Positions 7,459 to 18,000 of a DNA stretch of 24,004 nt are shown one piece after another. The notes beneath the pieces are model-generated. The model worked only from the letters and a program-made list of their open reading frames with translations. It did not search any database and was not told the origin of the DNA. The stretch comes from a virus (taxonomy: Duplodnaviria > Caudoviricetes). How positions within the stretch are numbered: position 1 is the first letter of the stretch; each line of letters starts with the position of its first letter. The stretch spans positions 1-24,004 of the IMG/VR virus record IMGVR_UViG_3300012953_000225. The stretch is one strand, 5' to 3'. Made by a program: the position numbers and the translations under genes.

Positions 7459-7747
7459 GCAAGTAGAAGTAATTACTAAACCATTAGAAAGAACTATTGT
7501 TCAACCAATATTACCAAGAGAGATAGATTTAAAAGAACCTTATTGGTATGTAGTATCTACTAAAAACTTAGAAGAGTTTTTAGCATCTATTGAAAAAGAT
7601 CAAGGCAAGGTTGTATTCCTAGCTATGTCTGTACCAGACTACGAACTAATGGCTTATAACACACAAGAATTAAAGAGGTATATAAATGAACTTAAAGAAG
7701 TTGTGGTGTACTATCGAAAAGTTACCACTACTAAATCGGGAGAGTAA
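7376..7747 (+). CDS. Outer-membrane spanin lipoprotein (Rz1-like)
   Basis: Lipoprotein signal KRSVVILISLMMVYS|CS, then a Pro-rich linker (KPLERTIVQPILPREI) and a C-terminal helix. Overlaps the i-spanin by 83 nt in a different frame. Confidence 0.75.
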   Translation: MYLKVLKRSVVILISLMMVYSCSLIPTKQVEVITKPLERTIVQPILPREIDLKEPYWYVVSTKNLEEFLASIEKDQGKVVFLAMSVPDYELMAYNTQELKRYINELKEVVVYYRKVTTTKSGE

Positions 7748-7748
7748 C

Positions 7749-8192
7749 ATGCACATATCACAAGAAGGGGTTGCCTTAATTAAAAAGTTTGAAGGTTGTG
7801 AATTAGAAGCTTATGTTTGTCCAGCAGGCAAACTTACAATTGGTTATGGCAGAATCAAAGATGTTGAAGAGGGAGATACTTGTACACAAGAACAAGCTGA
7901 AGCTTGGTTAGAAGAAGAATTAATTGAATACGAAGATTATGTAAAAAAATTAGTCGTAGTGTCTTTAGAGCAAAATCAATTTGATGCTTTAGTTTGTTGG
8001 ACTTATAACCTTGGTCCAACTAATTTAAACGATTCGACTATGTTAAAACTTTTAAATGCAGGTGATTATCATACTGTGCCAAATCAAATGAAGCGTTGGA
8101 ATAAAAGCAATGGTGAGGTCCTAGAAGGTTTAGTTAGAAGAAGAGAAGCAGAAGCTTTGCTTTTTGAAGGCGAAGCATGGGAGACAGTCTAG
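7749..8192 (+). CDS. Endolysin, GH24 phage lysozyme
   Basis: Catalytic triad E-x8-C-x5-T (FEGCELEAYVCPAGKLTIGYG), plus QNQFDALV..TYNLG and GLVRRREAEALLF. ATG 7749 follows GGGAGAG and the upstream stop. No SAR/signal segment. Confidence 0.93.
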   Translation: MHISQEGVALIKKFEGCELEAYVCPAGKLTIGYGRIKDVEEGDTCTQEQAEAWLEEELIEYEDYVKKLVVVSLEQNQFDALVCWTYNLGPTNLNDSTMLKLLNAGDYHTVPNQMKRWNKSNGEVLEGLVRRREAEALLFEGEAWETV

Positions 8193-10076
8193 ATGCCTTT
8201 GGTTAAGTTGCAATTTAAACCCGGAATTAATAAAGAAGTTACTGCTTATGCAAATGATGGTGGCTGGTTAGATTCAGATAAAATTAGATTTAGATTAGGT
8301 CGTCCAGAAAAAATAGGCGGTTGGGCAAAAAATTCACCTAATACTTTTGATGGCACTTGTCGTGCTATACATACTTACAAAGACACAGACTTAACTCATT
8401 ACAATGTCTTGGGTACACATCAAAAATTGTATGTCCAAGAAGGTGATACTTTTTATGATGTAACTGCAGTAAGAAATACAACTGCTGCGGGTGATGTTAC
8501 TTTTGCTATATCAAATGGTTCTTCTACTTTGACAGTTAATGATACTAATCATGGTTGCAACCCCGGAGATTTTGTTAGATTTAGAGCTGCAGTAAGTTTA
8601 GGTGGTAATGTAACTGCAGCCGTTTTAAATACTGAACATAAAGTTTTAGCTAACGTCAATGCAAACTCTTATACTATAGCACTAGGTGTAACTGCAAATG
8701 GTTCTGATAGTGGTAATGGTGGCGGTAGTACGGCTGGTCAATATTATATAAATGCAGGTCTTGACCAATATGTATCTGGTACTGGTTGGGGTGCAAGCAC
8801 ATGGGGTGATGGTACATTTGGTAGCACTAGTCCAGTAGCTGTAAATAATCAATTGCGATTATGGTCAATAGATAATTTTGGCGTTGATACTGTAGCAATT
8901 CCTAGAGGTGGTCCTTTATATGTTTGGCAAAGTGCTTCTGGCACTAGTGCTGGTACATCAGGCAATGGCTTTTTTGATGCTGCTAGAAGCGTACTAGCAA
9001 GTTCTTTAGCTGGTGCTTCTAATTGTCCTATAGCTGCTTTTCAAGTTATGACTTCAGATGTAGATAGGCACGTTTTAGCTTTTGGTTGCAATCCTATAGG
9101 TAGCTCAACTATTGATCCTTTGTTTGTAAGATGGTCTGATTCAGAAAGTTTAGTTGATTGGACACCATCAGCAACTAATTCATCTGGTGGAGTAAAATTA
9201 TCATCTGGCAGTCAAATTATTGGAGCAATATCTACTAGACAAGAAACTCTAGTTTTTACTGACGCTAGTATATTTTCTATGCGATTTGTTGGCTCACCAT
9301 TTTATTTTTCTTTTAACGAGATAGCTAGTGGTATAGGTATGATAGCTCCAAAAGCTGGTGCTTCAGTAGGTAACATAGTTTACTTTATGGATGATGGAGC
9401 TTTTTATCGTGCTGCTGGTAATGTGGAAAGATTGCCATGTACAGTTTTAGATTATGTTTTTAGTGACATGAACAAAGGTTCTAAATTTAAATTTTTTGCT
9501 GCTAATAATGTTGAGCATAATGAAGTCATTTGGTTTTATGCTTCTAGTTCTAGTACCGAAATAAATAGATATGTTACTTTTAACTATGCAGAAAATGTCT
9601 GGGCAGTTGGCACAACTAATAATAACTTTACTCGTACAGCTTGGGATGATGCACCAACTTTAACCAATCCTTTAGCTGCAGGTAAGTTAGATACTTCAGA
9701 TAAAAATTATTTATATAATCATGAATCAGGAAACTTAGCAGACGGCACAGCTTTTCCTGCCTATATAGAATCTGCAGATATAGATTTAGACCCTGCAGGA
9801 GAACAGTTTATGTATCTTTCTAAAATAATACCTGACATAGAATTTAAAGATTCATCAAATGCAAATGATACAGTTAGTTTAGTTTTAAAAGGTAGACGTT
9901 ATCCTAATGAAACACAAAGCACTTTATCTACTTCTGCTTTGACAGCAGCAACTAATTATAAAAATACTAGAGGTAGAACTCGGCAGGTAGCAGTAAGAAT
10001 AGAAAATGCCGATGGTGATTTTAAATGGCGTTTAGGTGACACAAGATTTGAAATAAGACCAGATGGAGCAAAATAA
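8193..10076 (+). CDS. Tail protein, P22 gp10-like DNA stabilisation / tail tubular B (nozzle)-type beta-propeller
   Basis: 627 aa, beta-rich. Motifs PGINKE.T.Y...GGW.D.DKIRFR.G.PEKIGGW, FVRWSD.E....W, SGSQII, SMRFVGSPFYFSF, VYFM..GAFY and EVIWFY. Positioned just before the ejected proteins. Confidence 0.7.
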   Translation: MPLVKLQFKPGINKEVTAYANDGGWLDSDKIRFRLGRPEKIGGWAKNSPNTFDGTCRAIHTYKDTDLTHYNVLGTHQKLYVQEGDTFYDVTAVRNTTAAGDVTFAISNGSSTLTVNDTNHGCNPGDFVRFRAAVSLGGNVTAAVLNTEHKVLANVNANSYTIALGVTANGSDSGNGGGSTAGQYYINAGLDQYVSGTGWGASTWGDGTFGSTSPVAVNNQLRLWSIDNFGVDTVAIPRGGPLYVWQSASGTSAGTSGNGFFDAARSVLASSLAGASNCPIAAFQVMTSDVDRHVLAFGCNPIGSSTIDPLFVRWSDSESLVDWTPSATNSSGGVKLSSGSQIIGAISTRQETLVFTDASIFSMRFVGSPFYFSFNEIASGIGMIAPKAGASVGNIVYFMDDGAFYRAAGNVERLPCTVLDYVFSDMNKGSKFKFFAANNVEHNEVIWFYASSSSTEINRYVTFNYAENVWAVGTTNNNFTRTAWDDAPTLTNPLAAGKLDTSDKNYLYNHESGNLADGTAFPAYIESADIDLDPAGEQFMYLSKIIPDIEFKDSSNANDTVSLVLKGRRYPNETQSTLSTSALTAATNYKNTRGRTRQVAVRIENADGDFKWRLGDTRFEIRPDGAK

Positions 10077-10282
10077 TGTCTAGTAAATCAGCACCCCCTT
10101 TACCCTTGCCTTTGCCTGATTATGAATTAATCAATGAGCAAATAACTAGAAGAACAATAGAGCAACTATTTCAAGATATGTTTAGTGAAATAAACGGAGT
10201 AGAAAGTTTAAAAACCTCTGCAGCTTCTAAAGCAGTTAAACGACATCAGTTTTTATTAATGGGAGCAAAAGGTAATGTCTGA
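10076..10282 (+). CDS. Small hypothetical virion-module protein
   Basis: TAATG coupling with the upstream gene. PPLPLPLPDY N-terminus followed by a helix, a pattern common after gp10-like genes. Confidence 0.65.
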   Translation: MSSKSAPPLPLPLPDYELINEQITRRTIEQLFQDMFSEINGVESLKTSAASKAVKRHQFLLMGAKGNV

Positions 10283-10610
10283 TAATTTAAAAGTTTTAGG
10301 ACAACAAGCACCAGCAGGTACTACCGAAACTATTCTTTATACTGTACCAGCAGCTACACAAACTACTATTAGCTCTATAGTTGTTTGTAATAGATCAGCT
10401 TTACTTGTGACTTATAGAATTAGTGTGGCAGTAAGCGGTGCAACTACTAGTAATAAAGATTATTTATTTTATGACAAAGCTTTAGCAGCTAGTTCATCAG
10501 ACACAATAGTCATAGGAATAACAGTTACAGAAACAGATAGAATTAATGTATACGCCAGCAATGGTAATTTAAGTTTTACAGCTTTTGGTTGTGAAACAAC
10601 GGAGGAATGA
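10275..10610 (+). CDS. Small beta-sandwich virion structural protein
   Basis: TILYTVPAATQTTISSIVVCN...YLFYDKAL...D.I.VYAS pattern, seen in phage tail-accessory proteins. Overlaps the upstream stop. Confidence 0.7.
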   Translation: MSDNLKVLGQQAPAGTTETILYTVPAATQTTISSIVVCNRSALLVTYRISVAVSGATTSNKDYLFYDKALAASSSDTIVIGITVTETDRINVYASNGNLSFTAFGCETTEE

Positions 10611-10611
10611 T

Positions 10612-12267
10612 ATGAATGATCTTCAACAGCAAGTAAAAAATATAAGCCAACAAGGAAGGTTTGGTGATACTACACTTGTGCATATGAATCCCGCAGAAGT
10701 ACGAGGACTTGCACAAATGGGTCAAATTACTACTAATCCTAATACGGGTTTAGCTGAAGCATTTAGTTTAAAAGATGTTTTAGGATTTGCTGCTCCAATA
10801 GTTGGCGGTATTTTTGGTGGACCACTAGGTGCAGCACTAGCATCAGGTGCGGTCACTACTGCTCAAGAAGGTAGTCTTAAAGAAGGAATAAAAGCTGGTC
10901 TTTTATCTTATGGTTTAGGTAGTGCATTTAAAGCTGCAGGTGCTGCAGCAAAAGGTGCAGACGCTACAAAAACAGCTTTAGATACTGCAACAAGCGTTGG
11001 TCCTTTAAGTCCAGAAATGTATCAAGATGCAGTAAAAGATGCAGCTTTAAAAGGAACAGCAGCTTCAGAAACATTTTTAGCCACAGCACCTTCTTTAACA
11101 AATCCAGCAAAAAGTTTTGCGGAAGGAGCATCAAGTATGTTTGGCACACCTTTTGCAGGACAAGGTCCTTTGCAAGCTATAGGTAATGTAGCGGAAGGAT
11201 TGACAGACCCTAGAGCTTTCTTGCCATTAGCTGCTGTAGGCACAGAGGCTGCATATTCTGCTGCTGAAGAAGATATGCAACAAGGTATAACTGCAGCAAA
11301 TGAAGATAGAGAAAGAAGAAGATTGCAAGCATTTATGGATAATCCTGAACCAGTCATATTTTCTGCAAGTGGCGGTTTAACGCAATTTGCAAATGGTGGC
11401 GATACTGATAATGAAGATATAGTTTTAAATGTACCGCAAAGACAAACCTATGCAATTAATCCAGATTTTAGAGCAGGCTTTCAACCAGAAACAATGTATT
11501 TTGATCCAGCTACTATAAATCCTTCTTATGCTGCTTTGACCAATCAACCAGCAGATCAAACTTTAGGACCAGTTACTAGTGCAAATCTTGACCCTAATCT
11601 TTTAAACACACCACAGTATGCTAGCAGAGGTGGTTTTGATAGTACAAATCCTATGATGCCTATGCCTATGTTATCTTCTGAACCTATTGATCCTTACACA
11701 GCATATACAGGTGTTGAACCACCACAATTATTAGATGAGTCAACAAGAACTATGGCTGAAGGTGGTGATACTGATTTACCAAATCCGGGTCTTAAAGCTT
11801 TACAAAAAGTTGCACCTGATGTTGTTAAAGATATGGGTTATCGTGAAGGCGGTATGACTGATGATTTAATGGCAGAAACCAGAGCTTTTATTTTAGGTGA
11901 ATCTGACGATGAAACTGTAGTAGAAAGATTTGTAGAAATGTATGGGGTCGAAGCTTTCATGCAACTCAGAGATACAGTCCTTAAAGAAATAACTAATCCG
12001 CAAGCACAAACATCTGGTCTTATAGAAGGACAAGGTAATGGTGGTATGGATGATGACTTGCTTGGCAGTATAGGTGGCAAAGAAGCTATTGCAGTTTCCC
12101 AAGATGAGTTTATTGTACCAGCCGATGTGGTTTCAATGTTGGGCGATGGCAGTTCAGATGCTGGTGCAAACAAACTTTATAAAATGATGGATGATGTTAG
12201 AAAAGAAAAGACTGGTACAACTCAACAAGCTGGCATGATAAATGATCAAAGGGTAATGCCAACATGA
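10612..12267 (+). CDS. Internal virion / DNA ejection protein
   Basis: ATG 10612 follows GGAGG at 10601, so it is preferred over 10585. N-terminal GRFGDTTLVHMNPAEV..NPNTGLAEAF, a G/A-rich hydrophobic segment and repeated A-x-GG motifs. C-terminal GMDD..AVSQDEFIVPADVVSMLGDGSSDAGA.KLY.MM. Confidence 0.65.
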   Translation: MNDLQQQVKNISQQGRFGDTTLVHMNPAEVRGLAQMGQITTNPNTGLAEAFSLKDVLGFAAPIVGGIFGGPLGAALASGAVTTAQEGSLKEGIKAGLLSYGLGSAFKAAGAAAKGADATKTALDTATSVGPLSPEMYQDAVKDAALKGTAASETFLATAPSLTNPAKSFAEGASSMFGTPFAGQGPLQAIGNVAEGLTDPRAFLPLAAVGTEAAYSAAEEDMQQGITAANEDRERRRLQAFMDNPEPVIFSASGGLTQFANGGDTDNEDIVLNVPQRQTYAINPDFRAGFQPETMYFDPATINPSYAALTNQPADQTLGPVTSANLDPNLLNTPQYASRGGFDSTNPMMPMPMLSSEPIDPYTAYTGVEPPQLLDESTRTMAEGGDTDLPNPGLKALQKVAPDVVKDMGYREGGMTDDLMAETRAFILGESDDETVVERFVEMYGVEAFMQLRDTVLKEITNPQAQTSGLIEGQGNGGMDDDLLGSIGGKEAIAVSQDEFIVPADVVSMLGDGSSDAGANKLYKMMDDVRKEKTGTTQQAGMINDQRVMPT

Positions 12268-12734
12268 ATCAAGTAGCAAAAATAGAAGAATCTACTTATG
12301 ACTACAGCATTGTTACTGTAGATCAATTAATTTTAATTTGGGATGGCATAAAAAAAATGCTAGAAAAATCATGCAAGCGTTCTAATGGCAGAATAACTGT
12401 AGATGATATTTTTTATGAAGCTCTTAATGATAGAAAAAAAATCTGGATAATATTTGAAAACGATCAGTTCAATATTAAAGGCGTGTTAGTTACAGAGTTT
12501 TATGAATATCCTACAGGTAAACGTATGTTAAGTCTTGAGCATGTAGCTGGAGAAAAGATGGAAGAGTGGGTAGAACTAGGCATAGATGCTTTAGAGCAAT
12601 ATGCTAAAAATAATCAATGCCATGGTGTTGAAAGTATAGGGCGTGCAGGATTTTGGAATTGGGTCAAAGATAGACCTGATTGGAAAAAGCTAGCAATCTT
12701 TTGTGAATACGAGGTAAACAATGAGAAAATTTAA
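12264..12734 (+). CDS. Putative GNAT-fold protein in the ejection module (head/tail assembly acetyltransferase-like)
   Basis: ATGA overlap. Pattern GVLVTEFYEYP..KRML.L..VAG..MEEW...LEQYAK...C.GVESIGRAGF. Position matches small GNAT-like genes before pilot proteins in podoviruses. Confidence 0.55.
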   Translation: MNQVAKIEESTYDYSIVTVDQLILIWDGIKKMLEKSCKRSNGRITVDDIFYEALNDRKKIWIIFENDQFNIKGVLVTEFYEYPTGKRMLSLEHVAGEKMEEWVELGIDALEQYAKNNQCHGVESIGRAGFWNWVKDRPDWKKLAIFCEYEVNNEKI

Positions 12735-13752
12735 AGGCGGTGGTGGTAGTTCAGCACCTACAAGTCAAACAATAACTCAAACTAATCTACCAGAATATGC
12801 AGAGCCATATTTTACTAGATTATTAGGTAGAGCCGAAGGAGAGTCTTTACAAGGATATACACCTTATGGCGGGAAAAGATTATCAGATTTTACTGGTGAT
12901 GAATTATTATCACAACGTATGACTGCTGGTTATGCTACTGCTGGTACTCCTCAAGCATTGACTGATGCAACTAATATAGCAGGCGGTATTGCTGGTGCAA
13001 ATTATGGTGCAGGACCTTCGCAATATAATAATCAATTTCAAGTTGATCCCTATAAACGTATAGGTTTTGAAGAAGGGGTTTCTAGATTTATGAATCCTTA
13101 TCAACAAAATGTTACTGATATTATAAAGCGTGAAGCTGTAAGAGATTCAGCTATAAGAGGTCAAGATATTGCTTCAAAAGCAACAACTACTGGTGGTCTT
13201 GGTGGTTATCGTGAAGCTATTTTGCAAGGCGAAAGAGAAAGAAACTTAGGTCAAAGATTAGATGATATACAAGCCAAAGGTAGTCAACAAGCATACAATC
13301 AAGCAGTACAACAACTTGCTAGAGAAAGAGGTCTTGGTCTAAAAGAATCTGCTTTAATGGAGCAGCTAGGACAAGGCGAAGAAAAATTAAGATTAGCTGG
13401 AGTTGGAGTCGATCAAGCAGGAGCTAAGATTGGTTTAGCTGGTAGTCAATTGCTAGGTGATCTTGCTGGTGAAACACAAAAAGATGCTCTTGCTAGAATT
13501 GGTGCGTTAGCTAAAGTAGGTGAGCAACAAAGAGCTATGGATCAAGCTGGCTTAGATATGGGTTATGAAGATTTTTTACGTCAACAAAATTACACTAGAG
13601 ATCAGTTAGGATTTTTAAGTAATATTTTACAAGGTTTGCCAGTACAACCTAATCAAACACAGTCTACTTATGCTAGACAGCCTACTTTATTTCAATCATT
13701 ACTAGGTGGTGGTTTACAAGGACTAGGTTTATACAAATCATTAGCGGGATAA
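12721..13752 (+). CDS. Ejected pilot/DNA transfer protein (P22 gp7-like position)
   Basis: GAGG RBS at 12711. N-terminus KGGGGSSAPTSQTITQTNLPEY, a Q/A/G-rich helical body (FMNPYQQNV, GGLGGYRE) and a Gly-rich amphipathic C-terminus LFQSLLGGGLQGLGLY. Confidence 0.65.
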   Translation: MRKFKGGGGSSAPTSQTITQTNLPEYAEPYFTRLLGRAEGESLQGYTPYGGKRLSDFTGDELLSQRMTAGYATAGTPQALTDATNIAGGIAGANYGAGPSQYNNQFQVDPYKRIGFEEGVSRFMNPYQQNVTDIIKREAVRDSAIRGQDIASKATTTGGLGGYREAILQGERERNLGQRLDDIQAKGSQQAYNQAVQQLARERGLGLKESALMEQLGQGEEKLRLAGVGVDQAGAKIGLAGSQLLGDLAGETQKDALARIGALAKVGEQQRAMDQAGLDMGYEDFLRQQNYTRDQLGFLSNILQGLPVQPNQTQSTYARQPTLFQSLLGGGLQGLGLYKSLAG

Positions 13753-13756
13753 CAAT

Positions 13757-15037
13757 ATGTCTAATTTAATAAAAGCAGCAGAAGAACTAGAGTATGTGCC
13801 AAAAGAAGATTTGATTCGTATGGCAGAATCAGGTGATAGTAGATTTCCACCTTATTTAGTTTTATCAGAAATACAACGCAGAACTCAAAATGAAAAAGCT
13901 TATAGTGCAATGCAACCACCGCCTACTACTACAGTAGCAGAAGAAAAAGTTGCAGAGTTTGCACAGTCAGGTTTAGGAGGCATGGCTTCTCCACTTTTCT
14001 CTCCTCCCCCAGAGGATTTGTCCATGTCTCCACCTATGCAGATGGCAGCTAGTGGTGGCTTAACTGGTTATGCAAATCGGGGTAGAACTACTTATCAAGG
14101 TACATTTTCAAAAATTAACGATGAAGCATTTTCAAATGTTTTTGCACCAGCTACAGGTCTTGCTGGTCAAAGAACAAGAGACATCATGTCTAGCTTACAA
14201 GCTAACCCTTCCTATGCTAATGTGTCTAATATACTTTTTACTACACCTTTAGCTGGTTTTGGTAGAAGAGAAGGTTTTGATGAAAATCAATTAAGAAAAG
14301 ATTTGACTATGTCTTTACTAGACGGAGAAGAAGCCTTTAAAACTAGGCTTAGTGAAGTAAAAGGTGAAGGCAGAATATCAGATATACAAGAGAAAGAAAT
14401 ATTAGATGCTTATACAGCACCACCTATTGTTACATCAGCAGTAGATGCTGATGACAAAGAAAACAAAAACCCTTTTACAATTCAAGATGGTGATGGTAAC
14501 CCTCCTCCAAACGTAACTACAACACCAACAACAGATGTGTTTGGTACACTAGATGAACTTAGAAAACGTATGAAAGATGTTGAGTATAAATCTCCAACTG
14601 CTGATGATCTAAGAAGTGATAGAACTGCAGAGACTCTTATGTATTTAGGTTCTCTAATTGCAGGTTCAACCGATAGAAAAGAATTTGGAAAAGGTCTTGC
14701 TGAATTGACTAACAGAGTCGTAGCTAGCAAAAAAGCTGATGATAGATTCTTGAATGAAGCTAAGTTAAAAGAAAGAGGTTTATTATCTTCTGATATACAG
14801 TTAGCTACAGCACTAGAAACTCTAAAAGCTAAAGCAGTTCAAGCTAAAAATTCACAGATGAAAAATGATATTGATTTAGCACAGGTACTAACTATGAGAT
14901 TGCAAACAGCCAACAGTAGTGAAAGGACATTAATAGAAAATCAAATAAATAGTTTGATTAGTCCATATATATCTGGTGGTATTGCTGCAACTACACAAGA
15001 TGATGTAGATGCTATTGTTGGCGGTGCTAAAAGCTAA
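13757..15037 (+). CDS. Internal virion / ejection protein
   Basis: Long ORF with genome-typical codon usage, located between the pilot-like and giant genes. Contains PPYLVLSEIQRR and the MAASGGLTGYA motif shared with the 10612 protein. Confidence 0.6.
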   Translation: MSNLIKAAEELEYVPKEDLIRMAESGDSRFPPYLVLSEIQRRTQNEKAYSAMQPPPTTTVAEEKVAEFAQSGLGGMASPLFSPPPEDLSMSPPMQMAASGGLTGYANRGRTTYQGTFSKINDEAFSNVFAPATGLAGQRTRDIMSSLQANPSYANVSNILFTTPLAGFGRREGFDENQLRKDLTMSLLDGEEAFKTRLSEVKGEGRISDIQEKEILDAYTAPPIVTSAVDADDKENKNPFTIQDGDGNPPPNVTTTPTTDVFGTLDELRKRMKDVEYKSPTADDLRSDRTAETLMYLGSLIAGSTDRKEFGKGLAELTNRVVASKKADDRFLNEAKLKERGLLSSDIQLATALETLKAKAVQAKNSQMKNDIDLAQVLTMRLQTANSSERTLIENQINSLISPYISGGIAATTQDDVDAIVGGAKS

Positions 15038-18000
15038 TGCAAAGAATAAATTTACCAGATGGCAGATTTGTAGAAGTACCTGATGATATAACTAGAGAAC
15101 AAGCAATAGATTTGCAAAATCTTTTAGCCTCTGAATATCCAGATAACTATTCTCCTTATCAACCAGACCCAGAAACATCTCTAAGCGGTGATGCTCTTGA
15201 AGTTATCAAGGGTGTGCCTAGAGGTTTAGCTTCTACATTCTTATCTGCTGGTGAAGGTATAAACAATCTATTTGATTCTGGCAATGACAATGACCTAGGA
15301 GTTTATTTACGAGACTTACAACAAGCTCTTAATGAAAGTAGCATTGGTCCATCAGAAGGTTATGAAGATAGGTTTAGTTCTAAGCTAGGACAAGGTCTTG
15401 GTTCGTTTGCATCATTTATGATTCCGGGAACACTAGCTGCTAAGACTGCAGGTCTTGCTGGTAAAGCTGCCAAGGTATCAGAAACTTTAACTAAAGCTGG
15501 TAAATCTACAGATCAAATAAACAAAGCAGTTAGAAAAGTTTATCGACCACAAACCTATTCAACTCTAGCATTAGCAATGCCTGTTGGTATAGCAGAACAA
15601 GGTCGTAATATTAGAGAAGCAGAAGCATTAGGCGAAGATGTTTCTGGCGGACAAGAGTTATTTGCAGAAATATTAGGTGCTGGTATTGGTGCATCAGAAA
15701 TATTTGCACCACAAAGATTGCTAAGAAGCATAGACAAAGCAACTGCTGCTAGGTTGAGAGTGCCACAAAGATTAGTTGAAGCTTTACAGACTGGTGGTGT
15801 TGAGGGTTTACAAGAAATGACGGCTGGCATATTACAGGATGTAGTATCTAGAGGAGTTTATAGTGACAAGCTACCAATAGGAGATTCTGCTTTAGATGAT
15901 GCAACTGTAGGTGGTGCTACAGGTTTTATAGCTGACTTATTTTTACGAGGTATTGCTGGTAGAAAATCTTTAGGTAGTCAGTATGAATTTGAAAAAGAAA
16001 CAGAAGCAAGACAGCAAGAAGATGAAGCTCGTAACAAAAAGAAAAAACTCTATGAAACTGTAGAAAATGACAATGATATAGAAAATCTACAAGTATTAAC
16101 TGAAGAACAAGCACAGCCATTTGTTGGTCCGGTTAATGACAACATAATTCCAGAAATAAATGAAACAAAAGAAAATTTAATAGAAGATGAATTAGACAAA
16201 CTGCCTGTGTTAGAAGACTTAATTGTTGAGACTCAACAAAAAGCTAATGTAAATACTAGGGAGTTTGATACGATATTTAATTTAATAGGTTCTGAGACTG
16301 GTCAAATATTTGCACAGTTTAATGATTTTGAATCTGCTCAACAAGCTAGACAAAAAATAGCTGAAGGAATATCTGCAGATTTTGTTGATAGTTTAGCTGA
16401 TCAAATAGCAGACATTACTGGATTTAAAGGCAATGGCACTATAAGAGCTTTAGGTCGTAAACTACACAACCCTCAATACAATACAATTGATGCTAAAAAT
16501 ATAGCTATAAATGATTCTAGAATCAGTTCATCTGCAAAAGAACAAGTAAAAATTCAAGAAGAAATAAATAAAACTAAAGCTGAAATTGAAAAAGAAATAC
16601 AAGCAATACAGTTAGCTGGTGCTGGCTCAGTAAGTCCACAAACTTTAAAAAAATTAGAACGCTTAGAAGAAAAAATAATGTCTTTGTCTTTTGTAGATTA
16701 CAAACAAGGCAAGAAAAGATTAGTAAAACAGAAAAGAAAAGATTTACCACCTTTAGAGCAACTTTATGAAAGAGCTGATAAATTAGGTATTGAAAGAAAA
16801 TCTTCTTACACAATTAAAGAAACAAAAAAACTTTTAAAACCTGAAGATTTTAATAATGTAATTTCTGAAAAAGCTAACATAATTTATAAAGCTGATGAAA
16901 AAACAGGAGTCATTAAATCTATTCAACAAGATGCTGACAGAATAGATGTAAGTCGTAAAGCATTGCAAGATACTTTAAGTAATAAAAGAATAAAAACTAG
17001 AATAAATAGTCCTGAGTTTGAATACATTGCTGAAACATTAGTTGGAGAAAAAAACTTTAACAAAATGAATCGAGGACAAAAAGAGTTATTGATAACCAGA
17101 CTTAAAGGTTTACCAATAATGTCTGATTTAGCTACAGGTTCTTTTGATGCCTTGCAAAAATTACCTGACATGAAACCTAGGGAATATACAGCTCAAGATG
17201 TACGAGCTTTTTATCGAGGTATAAGAAATGAACCAAGTGCTAGAGCTGTTACTGATAAAGATATAGATGCTTTCTTTAATCTTAGAGATAAACAACTTAA
17301 TAAAAAACAAAGAGATCAATTCAAAAAAGATTTAGTAGAAAGTGGCAGAGCTATCAAAGTTGGTAATAGAGTGCGTTTAAATCCTGACTTTGAAAAAATA
17401 CAAGCACAACGTAGTACACCTTTTTTTGAAACTGAAGCAGAGTATTTAGCTAGATTAAATAAATCTGGATTGCCACAAGAAACTATTAAAGAAAAAGTTG
17501 CTGTTCAATTATTAGAAAATAAAAATAAACTAGCTATACCTGACGTTGATCCTAATAATACTGAATCACAAATAAGTGAAGAAGCTAGAGAAGAGTTATT
17601 AACTAGAATAGATGAAAGACTTAGAGGTTATGGCATAGCAAATGATGTAAGAATTAGGATAGTCAATGGCATTAGATCAAGTAGAAAGTTAGGTCTTACT
17701 TCAAGCGGTCAACCATATTTCAAAGCTAAAACAAAAGATGAAGAAACTGCAGAGATGGAGTTTGATCAAAACTTAACCGATCTATTTATTTTTAGTGAAA
17801 AAATATCAAAAGATATTGATGGCACGCCAGAACAAAGAGAACAAGTTATAGATAATGTACTGGCTAATATAGACCACGAAACTATTCATGCCTTGATAAA
17901 ACTAGATTTAATTACTGAAGCTGAATATCAAAACTTATTAGAGTTTGCTATTACAAAATTAGGATCAATGAACGTAACCATTGATGGCGAAACTACAACA

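Noticed and set aside
7686-7748. N-terminal extension of the endolysin as a SAR/signal segment
   Set aside because: The extension is not hydrophobic and overlaps the o-spanin. ATG 7749 has a good RBS and gives a standard GH24 N-terminus.
14070-14252. + strand alternative-frame ORF inside the 13757 gene
   Set aside because: Leu/Met/Gln-rich composition typical of a +1 shadow frame. No obvious codon-usage shift or promoter, unlike the 19970 ORF.
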